A DNA stretch of 64,000 nucleotides. It comes from Podarcis tiliguerta. Its lineage: Eukaryota. Of this stretch, positions 37,901 through 51,352 are shown piece by piece. The number at the start of each line of letters is the position of its first letter. The first letter of the stretch is position 1. The stretch lies in NCBI GenBank assembly GCA_965153285.1, contig OZ229113.1; one strand, given 5' to 3'. Position numbers and translations under genes: made by a program. The notes below the pieces were generated by a model. That model made no database searches. It saw only the letters and a program-made list of their open reading frames with translations, and was not told the DNA's origin.

Positions 37901-39326
37901 GTATGGAAATAGCAATAATATTTACACTGAACTCAAAGAGAATTACAAGCAGGCATCTGCTTCTTTTTTGTAGCGTTATCATTTATTTAGGTGAAATCAT
38001 TTGCCATTCTTCTTTTAGTGACATATTGAAGGTTAGCGAAAATACTATGCCATTTTAAAAGGCTGAATGCAAGTATGAATGTGCTGTGCCACTCCCAACA
38101 GAGTGACTCCAAGTATTTTTCGCCACAAATAGAGGAGCCTAAAAAGAGGGAGCAGGGTTAGAAATAGATTCTCTTTTAGATCAGAGGAATGCTGTGTGCT
38201 TCTCAACTGGGCAACAGAGTCAAGATGAATGAACTAAGTATTTTCTTTTTCTACTTAAGCAGCTTGTTGCTGTATAGTGAGAAGTTTACTTACCCTTTTC
38301 AAGGTGTGTTACACACAGTCCACGGTAACAGACAAATTGTGGTCACTGATTTTTGTCTGAATTAAGGTGCTGCTCATTCAAAGGCACAGAAAGATGTCTC
38401 CAGAATAACTACTGAATGATGATCTAGATAATATCAGAATATTTTTATTTACTAGACTTACAATGTCTCATGGAGTTCAGTGGGGGGTTACTCTCAGATA
38501 AGGGAGGATAGGGTTCCAGCCTTAGGCTGCAATTGTATGTATACTTGGGAATAAATCCCACTCTAGACAGTGGAACTTGCTGTAGGTCTAGCCATGTGCA
38601 GGACAATAACGTATTATTGAAGGTCTTAACCTCCAAAAAGGATGATCTGAGGTACTTGTGGTCCTCCAGATATACTTGGGCTTCTAACTTCCATCAACCT
38701 CAACCAGCATAACCAATGGGAGTTGTAGTCCAACAGTACCTGAAGGCCACAGGTTTTCCCCTACCCCCCCCCCCAAATTTAAAAACTAAGATTAGTTTCA
38801 GGGGTATATAATCACCTTTTTGTGATGTAAAGAACACAACACTACAAACTCACCCTGCATCTTTACATTGCAGGAGAGGATCAGTAGTAGAATAAAAGCT
38901 CTCCTTTGGCCAGATGCTGATCTTTAGGAACTGTTGCCAAACCTACAAAGCCGCCCCGCCCCCCGCCCCGCCCACGGAATCACTGCAAAGTATTTTATAA
39001 ATAAATCAATGAACCCTCCTTAGACAGTGTTGACATGCATAGGACACATTGTGGGGAGGGAGGGGTGATGTCTCCTTAAGGGAAGAATGTGTGGAATTAT
39101 TGTCTGGAAATTTCCAGAAGATTAGCAGTAAGTATGCTACCTTCTAGCTTAACCCCCTTCTTGTGGTCTGAGTTTCAACGGGCAATAACTGAGAGACATA
39201 TGAAGTGAACTGAGGAAGTGGTGGATGCATCACGTAGTTCATTTTCCATTGTGCCTCAGCCTACATTGATGCAGTGAAAATGAAAAATAATGGGAACATA
39301 AAAGCATACCTCATCAAAAGCTAGAG

Positions 39327-39632
39327 TGGGGTAGGCAACCTAAGGCCCTTGGGCCAGGTGTGGCCCAATTGCCTTCTCAGGAATCAGCATGTTTTTACAT
39401 GAGTAGAATGTGTCCTTTTATTTAAAATGCATCTCTGGATTATTTGTGGGGCCTGCCTGTTGTTTTTACATGAGTAGAATGTGTCCTTTTATTTAAAATA
39501 CATCTCTGGGTTATTTGTGGGGCATAGGAATTAATTCCTTCCCCCCCCCCCAAAAAAAAATATGGTCTGGCCCACCACATGGTCTGAGGGACGATGGACC
39601 GGCCCACAGCTGAAAAATGTTGCTGACCCCTG
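39327..39632. mobile_element. hAT MITE with an internal tandem duplication (71-bp period)
   Basis: Perfect 8-bp TSD AGCTAGAG; duplicated segments at 39390-39452 and 39461-39523. Confidence 0.9.
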
Positions 39633-40123
39633 AGCTAGAGGATGTGCTCCCTGAACCATGAATTGTGATACATAAACAGTTCCTCAGCAGCTGTTGGTGT
39701 CTTGCTGTCCTCATAGGGACAGAGATTGGGTGGGGCAAGGCTGTAGCAAAATCAGGGCAGTTCTGGCAACCTGGGGAGCTCCTCCCAGCAACCCAGAACT
39801 CGCTTGACCTTACCTCAGCCACCATATTCACTCCTGTCCTGACAAGTTCTGTGCCACCAGGAGAACATCTCTTCTGCCCTCTTCCTGAGCCATCACTGGG
39901 GTTCTGTAGTATTGAAGGGCATGAATATTAAACTATTTGTTGCATCATTAGTTATGAGTGCAATGCCCAACCCAAGTGGTAGGAAGTTCTCATCTTTCCC
40001 ACTCCCCATCCCAGTTATTGTTCCCTGGAGTACTACATCAGAATTTCAGTCTTTCCTCACTTGTCCATCATCTGCATCTGTTAGACTGAGTTGCCTTGAC
40101 CCTGAGATGCTGTAATTGTGCAT

Positions 40124-40261
40124 CTGTAATAGTGTTCTCAAGTAGTGTCCTGGGCAGAATCTTTTCCACCTGTAATAGTGTTCTCAAGTAGTGTCCTGGG
40201 CAGAATCTTTTCCACCTGTAATAGTGTTCTCAAGTAGTGTCCTGGACAGAATCTTTTCCAC
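40124..40261. repeat. Minisatellite, 3 x 46 bp
   Basis: Unit CTGTAATAGTGTTCTCAAGTAGTGTCCTGGGCAGAATCTTTTCCAC; one mismatch in the third copy. Confidence 0.97.
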
Positions 40262-40907
40262 ACTATTAAATCTAGCATTAAAAGTCTTCATGGCCTTGCT
40301 CTATCCTATCTCTTTGCTTAATCTTTGTCTTCCTATTTGATATTCATATCTAGTAATCCAGCAATAGATTTGTACATCTCATTATACCCCTGTCCTTGTC
40401 CTCTCCAGCTTCTGCTCCCTAGTTTCCTTTCCTCTTAAATGAACCGGCTTCTTCTGCTTCTTAGACCTTTGAGTCTTCTCCCACAACTTTATGTGATTCC
40501 ACCTCTCTCAGCTTTTGTGAGATAGGCAACGTGGTGCCCTTCAAATGCTGCTGGATTCCAACTCCTATGAGCCCTAGCCAGAATGCTCAATGGTCACCTT
40601 TGATGACGTCTAACCACGTCTATTGCTGTGAATGTCATATATGACCCTGTGAAGGCTTTGAATTAGTGTCTTGTCCCTGCCCCCAGCTTGAAACCAAAGC
40701 TTTATGTGTGACTCAGCTGTCTAATTCCTACATTTTGTTACCCGTACCCCTCCTATCCCTCTGTTTCCCCTTGTAAAAAATTTAGACTGTAAGCTGCTTG
40801 GGTCCACAGCCTGTATTTGCGCATTATGTCACTCTATAAAAATACCTTGAACATAGTCACCACTGGAGAAACAGGTATGGTTACTCTGTAGAATGTAAAT
40901 GTAAATT

Positions 40908-41065
40908 GTGAATACCAGTTGCTGGAAACCACAGGAAGGCAAGAGTGTTCTTGTGCTTGAATCCTGCTTGCTGGTTTCCCACAGGCATCTGACTGGCCAC
41001 TGTGAGAACAGGATGCTGGACTGGATGGGCCATTGGTCTGATCCAACAGGCTCTTCCTATGTCCT
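40908..41065 (+). mobile_element. CR1-family LINE 3' fragment; related copies at ~36830-36980 and ~46170-46515
   Basis: gaataccagttgctgg...gatgggccattggtctgatcca...ttcctatg terminus. Confidence 0.7.
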
Positions 41066-41608
41066 TGTGTAAAATGCTTTACATTTGATATGATTAACAA
41101 AATGCAAGGCTGTACATGAATTGGATTGTGATATTATCTGTGTTGTAAGTCATGGGCTATGTAAGGTCATAGCAAAACCACCAGGGCTCTAGTTGTCAGA
41201 GGTATTAGCTCAGGGCCCAGGTTTGGATTTTATATCTTTAGGAATAAGTGGTCATTCTTACATTGCCTTCTGTGTTCTGCAATTTAGCTTATGTGACTTC
41301 GTTGCATTTTTTAATTAAATAATTATTATAAAGCCAAAGCTCTTATTCATAAATATGTACAACGTGAATGTTCCATAGAATCAATTAGATCCTTAATACC
41401 ATTTGCAAATTAATACAGTACTACTATTCTTATAACAGATGCGGAGGGTGTCTTCTTTCTTAAGCTAATGCTTTCATGAGACAATGCTCCACTCATTATA
41501 AGAACACAAATGATTATATTAAAATAACATCTCAGTTTAAATTTCATTTCTGATTATTCATCTGAATGCTAAAAACCTTAAACTATTTCCCCCTTTATGT
41601 TTATGAAG

Positions 41609-41724
41609 CCTCTACCTCCTTGCCATGACTCAAAGGAATCTATGCAGGTGTTCAAACAGCACTGCCAAATAGCAGAAGAATACTATGAAGTCAAAAAGGA
41701 AATTGCACTGCTTGAAGAAAGAAA
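41609..41724 (+). CDS. MAP3K7CL: MAP3K7CL coding exon 3 ([38 protein letters not shown])
   Basis: 116 nt; AAG acceptor; GTAAGT donor; TAK1 C-terminal-like sequence. Confidence 0.96.
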
Positions 41725-42729
41725 GTAAGTGTGTGTTTCCTTTTCTAAATAACTGTCATATACTCAGAAAGGTAACATATGCATGAAGAATTTCTGCGTT
41801 AATCAAAGAGACTAGTAAAAATTAAATGAGAGTAAACTAGTTTATTTAAATGGGTCTTCTCTGAATATGACTAACACAGGATATCATTCAGAGAGAGAGA
41901 GAGAGATTTCTTGTATTTCTCCCAAGTGTGTTACTTCTTTTTCTGCATTGTCTGTCTACATTGTAAGTTTAAAGGTTAAATTCACAGAGGCATCCATAGG
42001 CAAGAGAAAAGCAATCATAGATTCATGTCCTGTGACCTGGAGAGGTTGGGGATGCGTATCATTCATGGAGTTTGTCCTTACCTGTTTTGAGTATGGAGTC
42101 TTGGCATGTCACCAATACCATCAAAAGATTATTTGGATCTAAAAATTGCCATCTAACACATTGACTCTCAAGACAATATAGTGTTCTGTGGGTGGTTTTG
42201 GCCCATGTATCTGATGGCCTTGGGTATCAGGCTAGCTTGTCATATCACTTCCCACTACGGTTGCTAGATCACTCTTCTTTTGATATTTTGTCTGAAATCT
42301 TGGAGAATTGTTGCCAGTCTGCACAGACAATATTGAACTAGATGAGCCAATAGTTTGGTTCCATCTAAATCAGCTTCCTATGTTCCTATTTGGGAGGAGA
42401 AGATATGATTAATTGTAAAATCAAAACCAAAGGTTTGTCTAAACATTACCCATATACATGTATTCAGTTTATTCATGGAGGAGTAAGCTTTCATTGTGAG
42501 TTATATAATATTTACATTTTAGATTTAACCACTTTTTAGGGTTCATATGTCACAGCCAGTGTTTTTCCTCTTCCTGTTTCTTATACTGTAACTCACCCTG
42601 ACACAGAAGTCTTCTGCTAGCTAAGAGTTGACAGAACAGCATTTTAATGTGTTTTCCTTCTTTTCATAGTTCTTAGGATCCAAGCCAAAGGGACCCAAAG
42701 GACATTTAAAAATTTCTCTCTTTTTCCAG

Positions 42730-42910
42730 AAGGGAGCTGATCTCTAGGCTAGATCAAGCTGAGAAAGAAAACATGGATGCTGCTCAGCTAACTAAGGAGT
42801 ATGCAGACCTGACAGAAGAGAACCGGACACTGAAGCTGGCCCAGACGCAATGTGTCGAACAGCTGGAGAAGCTTAGAATACAGTATCAAAAGAGGCAAGG
42901 ATCATCATAA
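42730..42910 (+). CDS. MAP3K7CL: MAP3K7CL last coding exon (...RELISRLDQAEKEN...RIQYQKRQGSS stop)
   Basis: 181 nt ending in TAA; total CDS 70+62+116+181=429 nt = 142 aa plus stop; coiled-coil C-terminus KRQGSS. Confidence 0.96.
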
Positions 42911-43776
42911 CTTTGAATGAACCTGTCTGAGCCAAAAAAATCTGGGCTCCTGTTCTGTGCTAGGCAAGTGTTCCTTCCCCCTCCAAGGTTTCCTCTGATA
43001 TGTTGGAACACTTCACTTGCAGAATATGCAAATGTCTAAAATGGATTTAATGCTTGCCAGCCACTAGCTTAATATGTATATTTTTATTTGTTATATAATA
43101 GATATTTTATTTCAAGGAACATAATTGAATGCTTATCTATCCCCATTATATGTTCAAATGGATCAGTCTGAATATGTTTCTTCCAATTTTAGGAAGATAC
43201 AAGCACACTAGAAACTGATTTGAATAGTCTCTGTGTTGGGAAGTGGACCATACTAAGGCATATTAGTAGGAACACTGTTAAATATGGGGAACACGGGAGC
43301 ACACGCCTGTTCTTTCATGAACCTAAACAGCTTATGGGAGAAAAACTAGTTCGTTTATCTGACAATATGTGCCAAAGGGCAATCATACACTGAATAACTT
43401 TTAAAAACTAGTAACCTGGCACCTCAATCACTTTCTTTAAATAACTATTGCTGTAATCCTATACAGAGTTACTGGGACTAAGTCCTATTATGTTCATTGG
43501 GACTTTCTTCTCAGTAGACTTGCATAGGAACACACTGCAAATTGGAAACAGTGATTTGTACAGCTTTGATATGGCAAGGAAATGGAAAAGTGCACATTTC
43601 CTTGTACAGTACTGTACCACTCTTAACGTTTTCCTTGAAAGTGAGCTCCATTGATCTTAATCTTACCTTAATGAGCTTGTAGTCCTTCCAAGAGGAGGTC
43701 CTATAGATATTTCAGTGACAGGACTTGCTTCTCAATATAAGTGTGCTCAGAATCAGAATGCTTATGTAATCCAAAT

Positions 43777-43968
43777 TAATAATTTTATTATTTATACCCT
43801 GCCCATCTGGCTGGGTTTCCCCAGCCACTCTGGGCGGCTTACAGCATATATGAAAACATAGTAAAATATCAAACATTAAAAACTTCCCAATTAGGGTTGC
43901 CTTTAGATGTCTTCTAAAAGTTGTGTGGTTCTTTATCTCCTTGACACCTGAAGGGAGGGCGTTCCCCA
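43777..43968 (-). mobile_element. L2-like LINE 3' fragment downstream of the MAP3K7CL stop
   Basis: Reverse complement of the 26250-26355 family. Confidence 0.7.
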
Positions 43969-45459
43969 GGGAAATAATAACCTTTTCTGTGCATGACACC
44001 TTGGATTTGTCTATGCAGACTTTCCAGGTGTGGTTCCATGCAGTGAGCCAGCTATTTGAATGTTGGTGCCATGCGCGCATACAGATCAGCATAGGTCGGT
44101 TTTCACACACCATCTTCTTGGCTGCCTGCAGCATTTTGAGTCTGAGTGATAACAGCGTGAGAAACCAGTTTGGGTGACTTTTTGAAGCTGATTTAGTGCA
44201 TCGCAAAGTCTGACTAAGAACTGGGGGCAGGAAGCCTTGTGGGAATCAGCCTATATTGCCCCATAGATACATCTTCAAGCCAAAGTACATGACTTCAGAT
44301 GAGATCTGTGATTGGATGTCCTGACTTTCCTTCTCATTTTTTTCGTCTTAAAAGCACTCCTACGCCTGCCCATCCCACCATTTCAATCAGGATCACGGTG
44401 CAGAGGGAGGCAAAGGCGTAACCAGATCTCATAACTGGAGATAAAGGGGCTCTTGAGAAAAGTACAATCTAAAATGTGTGTCTGTGTGTATGAGAGAGAG
44501 AAAGAGACTTTTGCATTGCCCTATGTAAATGACAGCCCTATGCATTGTCAGACAAAAATATTACTGAATTCCAGGCAATTCTGAGCATACTTTTAAATCA
44601 GATCTATTAATATTGGTGAGCCTTAGTTCTAAGTATATGCGGTTAAGATCAGGATATTAAAATTATGTGTCATCTTTTTGCAATGCAAGAAATAAAAAAG
44701 AACATGAAGATATCAGAGTGGTGAATGGTTAAGATTATATAGTTGTCAGTTGGAGCCCCAGTCCAAAAAGCATCACTTGGAAGTAAGTTCAGTAATGGGA
44801 TTTCATTTTGGGTAATGTGTTTAGGTTTGTGGTGTAAAAGTAGTATAGTATCCGTATCAATTTTCTAGGAGAAATAGCTAAGCATAAAAGATTAATATCA
44901 AGTATTTCCTTCCTCTATTGGTAACTCTGTTTTCATGAATCAGCTAAAAATTCTTTGTTATACTTCCATTTCTATTCATACAGTATTTTTTTCATTAAAA
45001 TACAATTTTAAAAGTTACTTTGTTCCTGAATTTCCTTTCCCCTGTTGGTAAGTTGTAGGTCTGACTGAGATGTGTGAATTGCTTATATATTATAAGGTTT
45101 TCGCTAAGTACAGTACTTTAAACTGGTAGCAATGGTTCTGGTTCATGTACATTCTACAATGGCTCCAACTCAACTACTGTAAAGTGCATTGTAAATTCAC
45201 ATAAAATTAATGGTAGATTTATGGTGACTTAAACCCTATTGATTTAAACTGGGTTTAAATGCATTTCTCTTTATTTGGGTTAGGGTCTACTGTGTGACAA
45301 ACTATATTTTTCCCAATCTTGGTGAAATTTGTGTGTGGAATGAGCATCCTACGAGCTACAAAGGTTTGTACCTCATTTAAAGAGTTTTACAGCTGGCCAT
45401 TTTTTACTCACCCCTTTGTTTTTAGAACCTTTCCCCATTTCCTTCTTTTTAAAGTTCTT

Positions 45460-45877
45460 TTTTTTTATTAAAAAAATAATTTTTATTAATTTACAACAAA
45501 GCAAAACAAAACAAAACAACACATATAGTATTTTCATGTTTCACATTTCCATTTCCAAGTCTTTGGTTTTGGACTTCCTTCAGCTTTTCCGTAAATCTTT
45601 CATAATCACTATTGGTTTCCGCATTTCCTTTTTTACCATTGTCATTAATTGTATCTTTTCTCTATCATTCCTTTTAACAATGTCTCTCGCGTATGTCACA
45701 GTGCTCTTTTAAAACCTTCTAGCGTTATTTGACCATCACTTGCATTCTCCAGATAATTAACAAATTTCCCCCAGTTTTCTGTAAACTTTTGGTCTCTTAA
45801 GTATCTAATTTTTCCAGTCATCTTATCTAATTCAGCGTAGTCTAACAACTTAAACCTCCAATCTTCTATTGTCGGTA
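45460..45877 (-). mobile_element. L1-clade LINE 3' fragment
   Basis: ORF2-like C-terminus IPTIEDWRFKLLDYAELDK..FTENWGKFVNYL; A-rich tail; 17-bp TSD TTCTTTTTAAAGTTCTT at 45443-45459 and 45878-45894. Confidence 0.85.
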
Positions 45878-46815
45878 TTCTTTTTAAAGTTCTTAATGTG
45901 TATCCTGGCATGGTGAATTCATTCATTAAATTTCTAAACCTAGCTATTTCATCATTCCAGAACACAGCTATTTTCCACCCCTGTCTCAAGCCAACTTTAG
46001 GAAGGGTTTGATTGGCTACGCAGGTAAAATTTTACAATTTCAGCATTATTTAGAGAAAACAAAATCGAGGGAAAGGTTACAACATTTCAGAATTTTTAGT
46101 TTAGAAAAAATGTGAGTAAGGGGGAATGTGATATCTAACACTATGCATGTTGTGGGGGGGGGGGTCATCTAGTGAAGATTCAAGACAGGAAAAAAGATAC
46201 CATTTCTTTATACAGCACATAATTAAACTCTAGAATTCATTCCCATTAGATGTAGTGAGGACCACCAACTTGGATGACTTAAAAAAAAAATTAGATAAAT
46301 TCATGGAGGATAAGGCTGTCTTTGGCTACTAGCCATGATGGTTAGGTTCTACTTTCAGTATCAGAGATTATATGCCTCTGAATATTAGTTATCGGACAAC
46401 ACGAGTGAGGAGAGTGGTGTTGTATTCATGTCCTTTTTGAAGGCTTCCTATAGGCATCTGCTTGGCCACTGTGAGAATTCTGGACTAGATGGGCCTTTAT
46501 TCTTATCCTGCAGGGCTTAGTTGGTACAATAAAAGCAAATGTGATGTGTATATTTAATATTATGGAATGGAAATATACATTGGGCTGTAACTACATAAAC
46601 AGTTTTCTAAAGGTTGGTCATATTTTGGTTGCCTTTCAATATAGATCTCAATTACAGCACCTGTGTTACGTCATTCAACTGCACAAAGAATCAGAAGCTT
46701 CTGCAAATGCAACACATTGCCCTCTTCACTTCAGCGAAAACCACATATCTGTGTCGAAGCAAAATAAAAAAAATCCTTCCAGTAGCACCTTCGAGAGCAA
46801 ATCAGTTTGTTATTG

Positions 46816-46853
46816 GTATGAGCTTTCATGTGCATGCACACTTCTTCAGATAC
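46816..46853 (-). ncRNA. Minimal type-I hammerhead ribozyme motif
   Basis: Minus strand GUAU-CUGAAGA-A-GUGUG-CAUG-CACAU-GAAA-GC-UC-AUAC: CUGANGA and GAAA boxes, stem II, stem I GUAU/AUAC, palindromic AGCU in place of stem III. Confidence 0.65.
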
Positions 46854-46900
46854 ACGAAAGCTCATACCAATAACAAACTTAGTTGGTCTCTAAGGTGCTA

Positions 46901-47145
46901 ACCTAGCAGTTCGAAAACACCCCCGGGTGCAAGTAGATAAATAGGGACCGCTTACTAGCGGGAAGGTAAACGGCGTTTCCGTGTGCTGCGCTGGCTCGCC
47001 AGATGCAGCTTGTCCCGCTGGCCACTTGACCCGGAAGTGTCTTCGGACAGCGCTGGCCCCCGGCCTCTTAAGTGAGATGGGCACACAACCCTAGAGTCAG
47101 ACACGACTGGCCCCTACGGGTAGGGGTACCTTTACCTTTACCTTT
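46901..47145 (+). mobile_element. 5'-truncated Sauria SINE nested in the Penelope-like relic
   Basis: TSD TAAGGTGCTA at 46891-46900 and 47146-47155; (ACCTTT)n tail. Confidence 0.93.
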
Positions 47146-47353
47146 TAAGGTGCTACTGGAAGGAATTTTTTTATTTTGTTTCAACTACGGCAGACCAACA
47201 CGCCTACCTACTTGTACCATATCTGTGTGTTCATGTGAATGGGCATGCAGGTCTCTTGCCTCCATGGAAATGAATGAGACGCTCTCATTCATTGCAAGAT
47301 GTCAGATGTCACAACATCATGGATTATCTATGTAGGAATTAATAAACTGCAAA

Positions 47354-47387
<34 letters not shown>

Positions 47388-47400
47388 AATATATATATAT
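47354..47400. repeat. (TG)n followed by (AT)n microsatellite
   Basis: Read directly. Confidence 0.9.
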
Positions 47401-49479
47401 TTAAGATTGTGGAATTAAAAAGAAAAAGCTTTCTTATATAGGAAAATAATGGTCACCCCGTCTGAAGAGCTGGCAATATGTTGTGGGGTAGGGGTTAAAC
47501 CTATGATTCAATCAGTTTTTCATCTAAAATTGTCAAGCCTAGGAGGACAATGTGAATGTGGTTCCTAACTTCCTAACACCCAGAGCATTTGGTTGGCAAC
47601 ATAATAATACATTTTTAAAAATATGTTCTTCCACATGTAGCAAATGCTCAATATGTTTTTCTTAAATATTCCAGGCAGTAAGGATATGAGTCATGCAATG
47701 TTGAAACTGCCAGATAAGAGAGTGACTGTAGCATTTTGCAAAGCTGGAATTGAAATAACAATATTTTGAGGTACTGACAACTTCTTGGGGAATTATCCTC
47801 TTTGAAAAGGTTATAAATATATACAAAAAAGCAGTTTGATGCTACAGCAGTTCAAGTTGGACAACCAGGGACAAAACAGGTAAACTGCAGACTCCACAAA
47901 ATGGAGCCATCTTAATCTCTCCAACATTTTCTTCTCATTCTGCTGCTTGTACAGGTACAGAATTGCCACAGTGGCTGCTTTAGGGGCTGGCTGTGTCAGG
48001 AATTCAGTCCATGTTCTATTCATTGTACATTTCTTAGAGAAGCTACACCGGAAAGAACTTTACTCTCTAGAAGTTCTGAGCTGAAAAAAAGGGCATAAAA
48101 CCCCATTATATGATGTGAGCTGGTTGGTGGACTCTTCTGCCACATTGTTGTCAAGAAGGATTCAACAAATTTGAGATGTTGTAAAAGTTATTGCTTCTCA
48201 AAAAAGAAAAAAAGAAAAAACCAAGCAAATAAAACTGAAGAGATATTCTGGGAATAGCGTTTGGTCCTCAGTGTAAACATACGTCACGGTTCCCAGAAAT
48301 AGTCACTTCTTCTTACACAATCACATGTGAGGTGAAATTTAAACTGCTTTGGGAGCAATCCCGTGAAAGCTGAGTGTTTTTAATTCTCATTGATTTTAAT
48401 GGAACTAGAAAATATTTCATTTAAGCTTTATTATTAGTTGAATCTTTACTGTGTTTGTAGTTTACACACCATAGGATTTTGTTAGATAAAGTTGCGTACT
48501 GCCTGAAGGAACAGGCTCACAGCTTAGAGATGCTCCTTAACTCATTTTTGCCAGTAGATGTGCAAGTTGCACATGGTGCCTTTTACTCAGGAAATAATAT
48601 ACTACAGAAGGGAGTTTATGAATTGCTTTCTATCACTGAGGCACTGATCAAAACCAAGCTCTCTTGGGATTACGAAAGACTGCTCCTCAGTTGGAGCAAG
48701 GTATTAAAAAACACATGGCTAGGAAAGATAAGCAGTTTTAAGTTGAGTAGCTTAAAAATACACTAGTTATGCAGTGAGCTCAGACCAACCATGAGATGTG
48801 CAGCTGAAAAAACAAAATGACTATTTTGGTTTGATGTGAAGCATTTGAAACTTTTCGTCTATTGATGCCCGTTCCTATTTTAAGCGTTTCTATTATTTTA
48901 AGTTTATCTCTTATTCAATATCATTCTGGAGGACACAAGGGGGGTGTATTTATATAATGCTAAAAATCATAGAATGATAGTGAAATACAGCCACACCCGT
49001 TCTTGTATAAGAAGTTACCCTGCCCCAGTAAATACCACTTTTTCAAAGGCAAATGAAAAAGAAGGAATCATCACCACCATCTATAGACCAATACTAAATG
49101 CACTAAGACCTTGTTCTTGTCTGAGGTTTACTTGCAATAGCTTCCAACCTTCACTATTTAGATTTTTTTTTTTTTTTTTGTATCAGCAAATGAGAATGCT
49201 ATGGACTCATGCAGTCGAATTCTATGCATGTAAAGGAAGCTGATGTAGAGGCAGTACCCAGGGTAAAATGCAGCAGCTCAAACATTCCCTGAGGCAAAAT
49301 ATTATCATCATATTGCACCGCCGCTGAAAGAATTGCATTGGCTACCAATTAGGACCCAGCTAAGTTCAAGATGTTGGTACCAGTGTACAAAGCCCTATAC
49401 ACATTGGCACTAGAATATCTACATCCTCTACATGCCCAACTGTGTGCTGTGTTCTACAGGAAAGGGCATCTGTTCTGCA

Positions 49480-50541
49480 TGTTGGATGAAGGAATTGAGG
49501 GGATGCTCATCAAATTTGCAGATGACACCAAACTATGAGGGGCAGCCAGGGATGCAGAAAACAGAACTGGGATTCAATATGACCATAGCAAATTGGAGAA
49601 CTGGGCCAAAACTAACAAAATTAATTTCAGTGGGGATAAATATAACGTTCTACACTTAGGCAGGAAGAACCAGCTGCATAAATATGGGATAGGGGCACCT
49701 GGCTTTCCAGTAGTACATGTGAAAAGGATTAGAGGTCTTAGTAGATCACAGGCTTAACATGACTCAACATTGTGATGCAGCAGCGAAAAAAGCTAATCCA
49801 GAGTGGTCTTTGGTAATCTTTCATAACATGGTGCCCTGTGCAAGGCCAATATTTGGTACCCCCAGATAGATCTCTTCAATTATGAATCTTCTCAATTCTG
49901 TGTCCCCTCAGCTCAGCGACTCATGCAGGGGAACCACCCACACTGCCCTAAATCCATCATTGATTCTAGGTTGCATCAACAGAAGTATGGTGTCGCGATC
50001 GTGGGAAATTATAGCCCCACTCTATTCTGCCTTAAGTACCACACCTTAAGTACTACGTCCAGTTCTTGGCTCCACAATTTCAGGATATTGACAAGTTGGA
50101 ATTTATGCAGAGGAGGGCAACCAAGATGATTAAGCATCTGGAAACCAGCTTTATGAGGCATGGTTGAAGGAGCTGGGTATGTTTAGCATGGTAAAAGGAG
50201 ACTGAGAGCAAATATGACAGCCATATTTAAATATCTAAAGGACTGTCACATGGATGATGAAGCAAGTTTGTTTCCTCCTCTAGGGGCTAGGACTGGAAGC
50301 AATAGATTCAAGTTACAATAAAGGAGATTCTGGCTAAATATCAGGAAGAACTTTCTGACTGTAAGAGCTGTTCAACAGTGGAACGGACTCCTTTGGGAGA
50401 TGGTGGATTCTCCTTCCTTGGAGATTTTTAAGCAGAGGTTTTTGAGATTCTGGTAGTAGTTGAGATTCTGGCATCACAGGGGATTGGACTAGATGACTTT
50501 CAGAGTTAATTCCAACTCTACAGTTTTACAATTCTATGATT
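49480..50541 (+). mobile_element. CR1 LINE 3' portion, decayed, with an unrelated insert at ~49800-49960
   Basis: LIKFADDTKL RT motif at ~49505-49535; terminus ttccaactcta...attctatgatt. Confidence 0.88.
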
Positions 50542-51219
50542 TCTTGACCAACTTACATAAATGACAAATATCAATTACTATCTATTGAGACATCAGATCA
50601 GTGTCTGCCCTTAAATACACCATCATTGTGAAATCTGGCAGAGAGGAGTGGATTGTAAACTCTAGTGGATTGTAAAATTCTTCAAACCTAATCTCTCAAA
50701 AACAAAAAGTCCCCAGAAAAACATTGTCATGTCTCCAGTCAGCAGTTTCTTTTTTTGTGCTGCCTCATTTCCTTTACAGTTGAAATGAAGACAAATAAGC
50801 AGAACTATAGACATTTCTGAAAACTATGTTTAAATAGGTATTCATTTAATTCAGGGGTGGGGAATCTGTTTGGCTCCACAAGCCAGATCCTTAACATGTG
50901 AACCAAATTTGACAGGTGGGCAACGCTGCCCACCTGTCAGACATTTTTTGGCTCTGATCTTAAATTGGGAGGAGGAATCTTGCAAAAATAACAGAGCAAA
51001 ACTGAGGACTTAAAAGGGAAGGTGGGGGACTTGCAAAAGCCTTTGTGAGCATCCACTTACCTAATTATACATTTTGTATAAGTTCAGCACCAATACACCA
51101 TATGCCAATTGGATAGCTCTGTTTCAGAGGGGATGCACTCAGCTGGTCACCCTCAAAAATTCATAGGTATAGTAGTCCACGCAGAAGCAACAGTGAGCTA
51201 TTAAGCTTCCATAGAAATT

Positions 51220-51352
51220 GGACTTACCTTCCTTGGAGGTTTTTAACCAAAGGTTGGATGGCCATATGTCATGTATAACCTGGTGATTCCAGCATTGCAG
51301 GGGGCTGAACCAGATTATCCTCAGGTTCCCTGCCAACTCTGCAATTCTTTGA
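51220..51352 (+). mobile_element. CR1 3' end fragment
   Basis: ccttccttggaggtttttaa...ccaactct terminus. Confidence 0.7.

Larger units (their letters stand above)
46753..47217. mobile_element. Fold-back relic of Penelope-like element termini, interrupted by a Sauria SINE
   Basis: ~75-bp inverted arms at 46753-46827 and 46856-46900 plus 47156-47185; contains a hammerhead core motif. Confidence 0.7.

Noticed and set aside
40124-40261. CRISPR-like array
   Set aside because: Repeats are contiguous with no spacers; eukaryotic context with no cas genes
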